Of a stretch of DNA of 64,000 bases, positions 1 to 10,900 are shown piece by piece. The notes under the pieces are model-generated. The model had not been told where the DNA came from, searched no databases, and worked only from the letters and a program-made list of their open reading frames with translations. Source of the stretch: Eledone cirrhosa (taxonomy: Eukaryota); assembly GCA_964016885.1 (NCBI GenBank), contig OZ024740.1:326368001-326432000 (forward strand), written 5' to 3'. Every line of letters begins with the position of its first letter. The stretch's first letter is position 1. The position numbers were made by a program, and so were the translations under genes.

Positions 1-139
1 TAGTATATATAGATTAATGTAAATGCTAAAGGGTTAAAGAAAAGGATTAAATCCCCATACATCTGTCAAGTCTTTCTCCATCTCTTCTTTTAAGGGGATA
101 TGAAATTCCCCTCCAATTTTAAGGAAACAGTAATAGATA

Positions 140-535
140 GGTACTGTTCTTTGAATCTTATGGCAGAGAAGTATTGTTTTTTTAATCTGTGGCAAAGAGG
201 TACTGTTCTTTGAATCTTGTGGCAAAGAGGTACTGTTCTTTGAATCTTGATGTAGAAAGGTACTGTTCTTTGGATCTTGTGGCAAAGAGGTACTGTTCCT
301 TGGATTTTGTGGCAACTGTTCTTTGAATCTTGTGACAAAGAGGTACTGTTCTTTGAATCTTGTGAAAAAGAGGTACTGTTCTTTGAATCTTGTGACAAAG
401 AGGTACTGTTCTTTGAATCTTGTGGCAAAGAGGTACTGTTCTTTGAATCTTAATGTAGAAAGGTACTGTTCTTTGGATCTTGTGGCAAAGAGGTACTGTT
501 CCTTGGATTTTGTGGCAGAGAGTTATTGCTCTTTG
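140..535. repeat. 30-bp minisatellite (~13 units, GTACTGTTCTTTGAATCTTGTGGCAAAGAG)
   Basis: Direct 30-nt periodicity; explains the repetitive ORFs at 34-664. Confidence 0.95.
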
Positions 536-903
536 AATAATGACTTCCCCATTTTCATACTTTCTCTCAAAAAAGATTCATATTCAGATATTCTGTCATT
601 TACTATGACAGCAAAGGCGTCACTTACTTATGAAAATATTGAAATGTTTTCATTTGGCATGTAGCACGTTGCTGATGTCGACCAGCATTTTGGGCTCTAA
701 AAATATTGTTTTCTCTTCTTTTATGTTCAACATTAATATCTTACTCTGACATTAAATTACTATTATTATTAAACCCTCTCTGTTCCTGTATTTTTGTATT
801 GCTCCTATATGTAGGCCCTTGTGGCAAATAAAGAAAGAATTATTATTATTATTAATATTTGGTGCTATTAATATTTTAATATTATTATTATTAATATTAT
901 GAA

Positions 904-1026
904 CTGAGTTCAAATCCCGCCGAGGTTAACTTTGCCTTTAACCCTTGCAGGGTCGATAAAATAAAGTACCAGTAATGTACTGGGTAATTGCTGACCTTGT
1001 GCCAAAAGTAGAAACAATTATTATTA
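904..1026 (+). mobile_element. 5'-truncated tRNA-derived SINE, family A (Meta/MESC-like central domain)
   Basis: GAGTTCAAATCC B-box followed by AACTTTGCCTTT..CC..GGGTCGATAAAATAAAGTACCAG and an (ATT)n tail; many copies in the window. Confidence 0.8.
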
Positions 1027-1334
1027 ATACCCTTGCAGGCAGGGAAGAGTGGACGGAAAAAAAAAAAAAAAATAAAATAAAATTTGGTATCTGAATGTGG
1101 CTCTCAGCATTTTGTCTAAACTTCTTGGGATGTCCAATCATTTATGTTACTCGTGGCCATGTTTGAAAACATAAAAAAAAAGTAAAAATTTTAAAGAATA
1201 CAAGAAAATGTCTAAAATGATGATCCTTTAACCCTTTCGTTACCATATTTCTTGAGCCCTTTTTTTAATCTACTGCACCAGTGCATTTATATTCCTTTTC
1301 AGCAATATAAGCCTCCATCTGTTTTAGAATAACT

Positions 1335-1563
1335 TTAACCCTTTAGCATTTAAACCAGCTGTAACCAGCCAGAATTCTCTCACCTCTTTCTGTTCATACC
1401 GGCCATTACCAGCTGCTCATACTTATGTTAAGGTATTGTACTCATAATAAATAATATCAAAATCCTGTAGATTCGATATTATGTGAGATAATTATGTGAA
1501 ATAAAATGTTTACCATGAAAATACAATAGTACATATAGAGTAATGTAAATGCTAAAGGGTTAA
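1335..1563 (+). mobile_element. piggyBac-type MITE, family P1 (~220 bp)
   Basis: TTAA-CCCTTTAGCATTTA ... TAAATGCTAAAGGG-TTAA: terminal inverted repeats with TTAA target. Other copies at 1-37 (partial), 4390, 13197, 15635, 47139. Confidence 0.9.
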
Positions 1564-1849
1564 ATTGAACTTTCTCTTGTACATAGCAGTACATATGTTA
1601 TAAAACCTGAGATATGTAAAACCTCAACAATAAGATTTGAACACCAAGTATAGTGAGGCTGAATAAAATACTGAAATATATTTTAGTCTATCACTCTGTT
1701 GTTGGTAACATTCCAGTAATAATGATATTATTCACTTGTAACCTTTTCTTTATAGCTTAAGCTGGAAGAAGCTATTCGTAACATTGAGATCTTGGCAGGT
1801 GAGGATGTAACATTTATTCATTAACAAATAATAACTACACATTTTGATG

Positions 1850-2146
1850 CCATGACAATGAGCTCCCAGTCCACACTGTAAAGTTGTCATGTAGGTGTCA
1901 TGACAAAAATCACCCAGCCTACACTGTAAAGTGGTTGTGTTGGTGACAACAAAAAGCACTCAGTACACACTGTAAAGTGGTCATGTAGGAGTCACGATAA
2001 AAAGTGCCTTGTCCACACTGTAAAGTGATCGTGTAGGTGTCACAACAAAAAGCACCTAGTACACACTGTAAAGTGGTCATGTAGGAGTCACGATAAAAAG
2101 TGCCCAGTCCACACTGTAAAGTGGTCGTGTAGGTGTCACGACAAAA
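1850..2146 (+). repeat. ~48-bp tandem array derived from a SINE/LINE-tail subrepeat
   Basis: ACACTGTAAAG recurs at 1873, 1921, 1967, 2015, 2063, 2111; the same motif occurs inside the (TGA)n-tailed elements. Confidence 0.85.
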
Positions 2147-3019
2147 AGAGTATGAAAGTATGTCTCTTATCTGAAAAAAAATGCTGCTATGCAAAATTGT
2201 TTGTTACATTGCTTGCTTAAATAACTTAATTCAAATGCTTCTTGTTGATAACTCATGGATAATTTAGTGATACAGTATTATTTTAATATCTTAGTTTTTG
2301 TGAGTACTTTAAACCTATGTAATAGAAAAATCTTCCAAATTTGATCTTCCTCCAATATTTGACAGCTTCACAATTTGGAGAAACTGATATTAGTTTAAAT
2401 TATTAGTAATTCAGTAAAAACTCAAAATATGTGGTCTGCTACTCATGTTATATTAATATACTCCAAGTTTTGTTTTTTTGCATATTTTGAATTGGTTGTC
2501 TTTGATTTGATTGTTTCATTTGATAACTTATTCCAATTTATATGTGTCTCGAAAAGGTTTTGCTGCTTTATAATGCATCCAGTTCTGAAGCTTTATTCAT
2601 CCCCAGTTTGATTCTTTATAAAACAACTGATTTCCAAGCTTTATAAAGCATTAATTTAATGCTTCATAATGCAATCAGTCTTCAAGCTTTATACAGTATC
2701 AATTTGCTGCTATATATTGCAACATGTATGGATCACAATCATGGATCACCATCATGGATTACAGTCATGGTCAAAGTGTTAGGATCATTTTATCAATCAT
2801 GTAGTTCAGAGTTTGACTCTTTAGCAGAAAGGTGCTTTAGAATAATATTTTTGGTTGTTGTCACCACTTTAGCAGATGAAATATTTAGTTGGTTGAAAGA
2901 TCATCTCAGAAGAAATATTTTTAAGATGTGTGAAGATTCCATGATGGCAGAAATTATCAGAAGGCTGTTAAAACATGACAAAGGACTTATTTTTTCCATA
3001 AAATATTACAATAAAATGC

Positions 3020-3300
3020 TAGGCGCCATTGCGGCATATATTTAGGTAAGATGTTGCTGGGCCCTCGCCGACAGGGCCAAAGTTTCTTGTTTAGTGCTAC
3101 ATCTTGCTAGTATCAGCCGGGAATGTAATTAGTTAGATCTTGTCTCCTCAAAATGAAAGCAGCAACTGTTTAGAAGTCTAAAAAAAGGCGCGAATTCGTT
3201 TGCTGGGCGGGAATAAATACCTGGTATTTCTACGCCGGCAACTTACCAAGCGCAACCCAATTGTTCCGCCGTGGTAAGTAGTCCCTTTCCTTACTACATT
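3020..3300. promoter_or_regulatory. CpG-enriched putative promoter / 5' non-coding exon region
   Basis: Local CpG excess in non-repetitive DNA; E2F-like GGCGCGAA and GGCGGGAA; strong donors TAG|GTAAGA (3046) and GTG|GTAAGT (3274) upstream of the + gene's first coding exon. Confidence 0.5.
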
Positions 3301-4389
3301 TACCCATCTGTAGACGAAACATCGATATAATATTTTTAAAATGGAGGGCATTTACTTGAAGAAAATGTTCACAAGAGTGTAAGAAAAGGCAAAACACTTC
3401 ATAACTGTTAGTAAACAAATTTCAGGACCAGCAAGGTGAGAAAAAGCTCAAAATTATAGAAAACATGTGTGTTGGTTAATGTAGTTGAGTGAGTAGTAGC
3501 CACAGGAGAAAAAGTTGAGGCTAGCTGTGGCTAGCGCTAATGCCGTAAGCATGGTGTAGCGTGTTGGCACGTTGTTAAAGACCTAAAACTCTCGTCTATT
3601 GATTACATGACCGACCAGGGGTCCAATAGAGGTAAGTTACATCTGATAAGGGCACAGAGAATGTGAGTGAACATCCGATGTAACAAAGTATTAGGTAACA
3701 GAGCTGAATAGCAAAGTGAGACAAGGCTCAAAATTAAGGTGAGCCTGTGTGTAATATGGATGAACATCCAATGTAAAAGAGTGTCAGGCAACAGTTGAGT
3801 GAGTAGTAGCAACAAGAAAAAGTTGAGGTTAGCTGTCTGGCGCTAATGTAGTGATAAACTAACTGTCTCCTACTGCAGCAACACCTTCCTATTCCCTCCC
3901 ACAAGTCTTGGAGGTCCTGGTAAAAGTTGTGGATATTTCTCTTCCTCTTCTGATTAAGCTATTGAAAAGAAATTGATTGTTTAGCCCTAAAGCTGATATG
4001 ATTGAACAGACCTATAATCAAAGACAATCCAGCTTGGACCATCCTATCCTTTTCTCAGACAGATTTAGTTACTATTTTTAGAGGCTCTCTTCTTGGTGTA
4101 TTGTAGTTGTTGTTCTTTAACCCAAGGTCAGACTTGATCAAGTAGATCTAATCAATGAGATTCCAGCCATGAACATCTTGTCTTTTTCTTAGATAGATTT
4201 GGCTACTGTTTCTACTACTCCATTCTTAGCTTAATATGAGCAAAGACATCTCATCTTTTAACAGGACTACATTATATCAATTATATCAAATATGTCCTTA
4301 CTTTCTTAAAAAAAAAAAACGAAACTGGGGACATGATATAAGGCAGATTTAGCTACTATTTCTACCAGCTGGAGTAACCACATAGAGAC

Positions 4390-4576
4390 TTAACCCATTA
4401 ACGTTTAAACCGGCCATATCTAAACAGCCACTCATACCTACATTAAGGTAGTGTTCTCAAAATAAATGATATAAAAATCTCATAGATTCAATATTGTGAA
4501 ATAATTATGTGAGATAAAACCTTTATCGTGAAAATACAATAGTAAATATAGAGTAATGTAAATGCTAAAGGGTTAA
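4390..4576 (+). mobile_element. piggyBac-type MITE P1, internally deleted copy
   Basis: TTAA-CCC...GGG-TTAA ends; body matches 1335-1563. Confidence 0.85.
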
Positions 4577-4660
4577 GCGATATAAAGATAGGTAGACCAT
4601 TTCTTCAATATCATTTTATATTCAATATTTTGCTTTAATATTACAGCTACTGTAAAGCAG

Positions 4661-4910
4661 ATGGAAATTTTACATACAACAAAAAATCAGGTAAATATTT
4701 TATTAATTTTATTAATCAATACCTATTTAGTATTTATACACTATTAACATTAATGGTTTATTTGAACTTATATTTTTGGTAAAAATGCCTTGTCTATATT
4801 TAATCTGATGCTATTGCTAAAATTGATGAAATACAACTGGAATGATGGCGACAATTGTTTTGGATGTAAATATGCTACTGCTACTGCTTCTACTACTACA
4901 ACTGCTACTG

Positions 4911-4958
<48 letters not shown>

Positions 4959-7900
4959 ATACTATATTATTAATAATAATTTATTTATCTATTTAATGAA
5001 TGTAACCCTACTTCACCCCCCACTCCCACCAACACCACCCTCTCTCTGTAAAGTTATGTTGGTACCACAACATCCAGTCCAAAATAAATGACGTTGTGTA
5101 AGTGTCACGACAAAAAAACGCACAGTACATGCTGTAATGTGGCCGTGTAGGTAACACGGTAAAAACCTCCCAATCCACACTGTAAACGTGGTTGGTGTTA
5201 GGAACAGCATCCAGCCATAGAAAACCTGCCAGACAGTCCTATACGAGCGAGACACGGTTTCCCGACCAATCTTGCCGCAAGTGGGACAATTCCCGTCTAA
5301 ACCCATGCTAGCGTGGAAGATAGATGTTAAACGATGATGATGATGATGAATGGTTTCTTTATTAGCCACTAATGGGAACCCACAAATTAAGTTAATTCAG
5401 AGTGCCCTATATTTCTGATCATCCACCATGTATTACACTTCTCTAGTCTTTGTACATCCTCTACATTCAATGCTTACACTCAGGTCTCGAATAATAATCT
5501 TGTTAATTTTTCAGATTTTTTTTGTAGCTCCCCCACCGTTCTTGTTGCCACTCCACTCCTGCTTATTAAATTATGTTAATCTATCTCCTGCGAAATTTTG
5601 GTTTTTAAAAAACATCAACCGAGAAAACCTGGAAAAATTATCGCCCCCCCCTGCTTATTCCACCACCCCTGTTATTTGGGACACAAGAGTATATCTTTCA
5701 CTGATGTACATCGGTGAAGGATGTAAATGTAACTGAAAAACTGGTTCTCTTCAAAAAAAGTAAAATTGACTGGACCATCTGGATGTTCTACAATGTTGAT
5801 GACATTATATGCTGGTTCTCTTCAAATAAAGTAAAATTGACTGGACCATCTGGATGTTCTACAATGTTGATGACATTATATGCTGGTTCTCTTCAAATAA
5901 AGTAAAATTGACTGGACCATCTGGATGTTCTACAATGTTGATGACATTATATGTACCATCTACTCTTCAATCAACACACTTTGACTTAAGCAGCTATTGT
6001 TGTTTCCTGTCCTACCTATTTCCACTTAATTTCTGGTTAATTGAAATTTTGAAAGTAATCTCCCTGCCCTTTTTAGAGTAATTTTCATTGTCGCTGATAA
6101 ATTTTCTTCTCATTACAATTATAATTTCTATTGATTAGAAATTATTTTTTGTTTACCACCTTAAGTATAATAGCCACATTTAGTGTTCTTCATGCATAAG
6201 GCAGTCTTGTGAAAATTTCCAATATGATTTTACACAGTTTAGTATATGTTTCCCCATTTGTCTTGAACTACTTATTTAGATGTATTGTTGTGATTATTTT
6301 CAGGAAAATTCTGCAGCACATTTGGAAAGCAGCCAAATATATGTACCCAATGAACCCAAAGTATCTGATTTAACCAATGATGATGTTAGTTTATTACAGA
6401 GAAAACCAGAAAACCAAAGCTTTCCGAATCATTTAATCCAATTGGAAAATGATCTAACACACATAAAATCATATTTGTTTAACATAAAATCAAACGTACG
6501 TACTTCATCTCTTCATATTATGATGATGATGATGATGATGAATGGTTTCTTTATTAGCCACTAATGGGAACCCACAAGTTAAGTTAATTCAGAGTGCCCT
6601 ATATTTCTGATCATCCACCATGTATTACACTTCTCTAGTCTTTGTACATCCTCTACATTCCATGCTTACACTCAGGTCTCGAATAATCGTCTCCCCCCGC
6701 TTGTTAATTTTTCAGAATTTTTTTGCAGCTCCCCCACCGTTCTTGTTGCCACTCCACTCCTGCTTATTAAATTATGTTAATCTATCTCCTGCAAAATTTT
6801 GGTTTTTAAAAAACATCAACCGAGAAAACCTGGAAAAATTATTCCCCCCCCCCCCCCCGCTTATTCCACCACCCCTGTTATTTGGGACACAAGAGTATAT
6901 CTTTCACTGATGTACATCGGTGAAGGATGTAAATGTAACTGAAAAACTGGTTCTCTTCAAATAAAGTAAAATTGACTGGACCATCTGGATGTTCTACAAT
7001 GTTGATGACATTATATGCTGGTTCTCTTCAAATAAAGTAAAATTGACTGGACCATCTGGATGTTCTACAATGTTGATGACATTATATGCTGGTTCTCTTC
7101 AAATAAAGTAAAATTGACTGGACCATCTGGATGTTCTACAATGTTGATGACATTATATGCTGGTTCTCTTCAAATAAAGTAAAATTGACTGGACCATCTG
7201 GATGTTCTCGAGAACAACAGGCAGGGTTCTGACCAAAACGTTCCTGTGCAGAGCAGATCTTTACGTTACGCCGCATCATTGAGAGGTACAACGAATTCCA
7301 GAGGACCCTCGCCGTCAGCTTCATCGATTTCTCCAAAGCATTCGATAGCATTCATCGGCCGTCACTCTGGAGCATCATGCATGAGTATGGTCTGCCCCAG
7401 AAAGTCATTTCGGCAATCAAACAGATTTATGCAAACTCCAAGTGTTGCATACGGACAGAGGATGGTTACAGTGACTGGTTTGAGGTGGTTACTGGTGTGC
7501 GTCAGGGTTGCTCGCTCTCTCCAATTCTCTTTGCCATAGCCATTGACTGGGTACTAAGAAGAGCGTCTAAAGACCAGGGTATATCTTGGGTGGGAGAGCA
7601 AAAGTTGTCTGACCTGGACTTTGCGGACGATATTGTTGCACTTGCAGAGAGCACAGCTGACCTGCAAATCATTATGAACAATATCAATGTCGAAGCAGGA
7701 AGCTTAGGTCTCAATATCAGTGCTAAGAAGACCAAAAGCATGTTATCTGGGACACACCAATCACCAACTAGCGTTTTCATTGAACAGGGGCAGGTGGAGA
7801 TAGTGGACAACTTCACCTACCTAGGAAGCTCCATTGACAATGGGGGTGCCATGGACAGTGAATTGCAATGTAGAATGGGAAAGGCTTCAGCAGCATTTAA

Positions 7901-10900
7901 CCAGCTTGTCAAGATCTGGAAGAGCAGGAAGTTCACCCTCAAAACAAAGATGAGATTCTACAACAGCAACGTGCTGTCCATACTCTTGTACGGAAGTGAA
8001 ACATGGCACCTTAAGACCAGCCAAGAGAAGAAGTTGGACGCATTCGATTCCAGGTGTCTGCAAAAGATCCTGGGGATTAAATGGAGTGACCATGTAACAA
8101 ACCAGGAAGTCAGGAACTGCACCAACCAGCAGCTAGTCTCTTCTGCCATCTGCAAGCGACGCCTGGGCTGGTTTGGGCACGCTTTGAGACTTCCCCCAGA
8201 GAGACTGGCGAACCAAGTACTTACATGGAACCCACAGGGAAGCAGACGGAGAGGGCGACCCAAAATGAACTGGCGCCAGACAGTTGAGAGGGACCCGTGA
8301 GCGACAAACAGACAATGGGGGGACACTGTGCAACTGGCTGCTGATCGAACGCGGTGGAACACTATGATTGCCTCATGCGTCGCAAGACGCGGGAGCTTCT
8401 GAGTCTGAGTCTGAGTGATCTGGATGTTCTACAATGTTGATGACATTATATGCTGGTTCTCTTCAAATAAAGTAAAATTGACTGGACCATCTGGATGTTC
8501 TACAATGTTGATGACATTATATGCTGGTTCTCTTCAAAAAAAGTAAAATTGACTGGACCATCTGGATGTTCTACAATGTTGATGACATTATATGCTGGTT
8601 CTCTTCAAATAAAGTAAAATTGACTGGACCATCTGGATGTTCTACAATGTTGATGACATTATATGCTGGTTCTCTTCAAATAAAGTAAAATTGACTGGAC
8701 CATCTGGATATTCTACAATGTTGATGACATTATATGCTGGTTCTCTTCAAATAAAGTAAAATTGACTGGACCATCTGGATGTTCTACAATGTTGATGACA
8801 TTATATGCTGGTTTTCTTCAAATAAAGTAAAATTGACTGGACCATCTGGATGTTCTACAATGTTGATGACATTATATGCTGGTTCTCTTCAAATAAAGTA
8901 AAATTGACTGGACCATCTGGATATTCTACAATGTTGATGACATTATATGCTGGTTCTCTTCAAATAAAGTAAAATTGACTGGACCATCTGGATGTTCTAC
9001 AATGTTGATGACATTATATGCTGGTTCTCTTCAAATAAAGTAAAATTGACTGGACCATCTGGATATTCTACAATGTTGATGACATTATATGCTGGTTCTC
9101 TTCAAATAAAGTAAAATTGACTGGACCATCTGGATGTTCTACAATGTTGATGACATATGCTGGTTCTCTTCAAATAAAGTAGAATTGACTGGACCATCTG
9201 GATGTTCTACAATGTTGATGACATTATATGCTGGTTCTCTTCAAATAATGTAAAATTGACTGGACCATCTGGATGTTCTACAATGTTGATGAAATTATAT
9301 GTACCATCTACTCTTCAATCAACACACTATTGACTTAAGCAGCTATTGTTGTTTCCTGTCCTACCTATCTCCACTTAATTTCTGATTAATTGAAATTTTG
9401 AAAGTAATCTCCCTGCCCTTTTTAGAGTAATTTTCATTGTCGCTGATAAATTTTCTTCTCATTACAATTATAATTTCTATTGATTAAAAATTACTTTTTG
9501 TTTACCACCTTAAGTATAATAGCCACATTTAGTGTTCTTCATGCATAAGGCAGTCTTGTGAAAATTTCCAATATGATTTTACACAGTTTAGTATATGTTT
9601 CCCCATTTGTCTTGAACTACTTATTTGTGATTATTTTCAGGAAAATTCTGCAGCACATTTGGATAGCAGCCAAATATATGTACCCAATGAACCCAAAGTA
9701 TCTGATTTAACCAATGATGATGTTAGTTTATTACAGAGAAAACCAGAAAACCAAAGCTTACCGAATCGTTTAATCCAATTAGAAAATGATCTAACACAGA
9801 TAAAATCATATTTGTTTAGCATAAAATCAAACGTACGTACTTCATCTCTTCATATTAATGCTGCGATACCCCCAAAATTTATGACTGAAGAACAATCAAA
9901 TGATTTGGGTGAACATATGGAAAATGTTAACAAACAATCATCAGTGTCAACAAATACCTATAATCAGCTTCAATTCCTTCAAGAAAATGTTAACTCAATG
10001 GAAGATTCATCTGAGTTTTTAGATCAAAATATAAAACTGATATGGAGAGAAATTAAGGATATTGAAGGAATGGTTTGTATAAATCAATTTGTTATAGTAT
10101 AGAAACATCTTAATTTCCAAGCATTTTGTGATCATGAACTGATTGATATATATATATATTTAATGTTAAGTTTTCAGAATATTTTCCTAATCTACACTTG
10201 AAAACTGAACAGATTTTCTCAATGAAAGTGTAAAATATTCAACATAATATGTTAGAATTACACAATTTTTTGATTGAAATAAACTACATTTTTATTACTT
10301 TACTTGGTCAAGAAAATCCAAACTTGATACCATATTACATACTTTGGAATAACTAAAATGTTTTAGTACAGACCAGTTATCATAATGTTCAATTTTTTTT
10401 TCTTTTCTCATAATTACAATTTATTAATGAGCACACTATTTTTTTCTTCCACATTTGGACATTTAGAATCAACTAAGAATGTACTTGGTACCATGTTGAA
10501 ATGAAATACAAAACAAGAAAAATGTTTGATAGATTTCTGAATTCTTTTACAACTAGATTTTTCTGCATAAAATTTATGGTTGTAGTATTTCTTTTGTTTC
10601 TCATGTTTATGAAGAAGTTTGTTATTGCCTATTTTCAATGTGCAAAGCATTTGAAAATAAACTGGAAAATCATCATCATCTTCATTTTATATCTGTTTTT
10701 TCATAATTGCAATGGGTTGGACAAATATTCTCCAGCACAGTATGCTCCCACTCATTATGTTTCTTCACCATCTCCCCCATGAGGTTCAGCACTTCAAAAT
10801 CAGTTCTCATCACTTCTACCAAGGTCTTCAGTCTTCCTCTACTGCAGCTTCCTTCCACTGACATCTCCAAGCACATATTCATCCAAGGATCATCATCCCT

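Larger units (their letters stand above)
5335..9857 (+). repeat. Tandem segmental duplication (copy 1 ~5335-6520, copy 2 ~6521-9857)
   Basis: Near-identical sequence from (TGA)n-ATGGTTTCTTTATTAGCC to CTTCATCTCTTCATATTA in both copies; copy 2 is lengthened by minisatellite expansion and a LINE. Confidence 0.95.

Noticed and set aside
34-664. 10-aa repeat protein (NSTSLPQDSK)
   Set aside because: Frames shift within the 30-bp array and stops flank it; treated as a minisatellite.
2659-3045. 128-aa ORF as first coding exon of the + gene
   Set aside because: It ends in TAG at the donor, and the phase-compatible frame has a stop; no recognisable homology.
3445-3850. Pair of ~100-bp direct repeats as LTRs of a small element
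   Set aside because: Degenerate, with no TG...CA ends, primer site or TSD; more likely an old tandem duplication.
7246-8362. Overlapping antisense and alternate-frame ORFs on the LINE
   Set aside because: Shadow ORFs of GC-richer RT coding sequence.
6947-9301. CRISPR-like array
   Set aside because: Units are contiguous and near-identical with no unique spacers; eukaryotic context; no cas genes.
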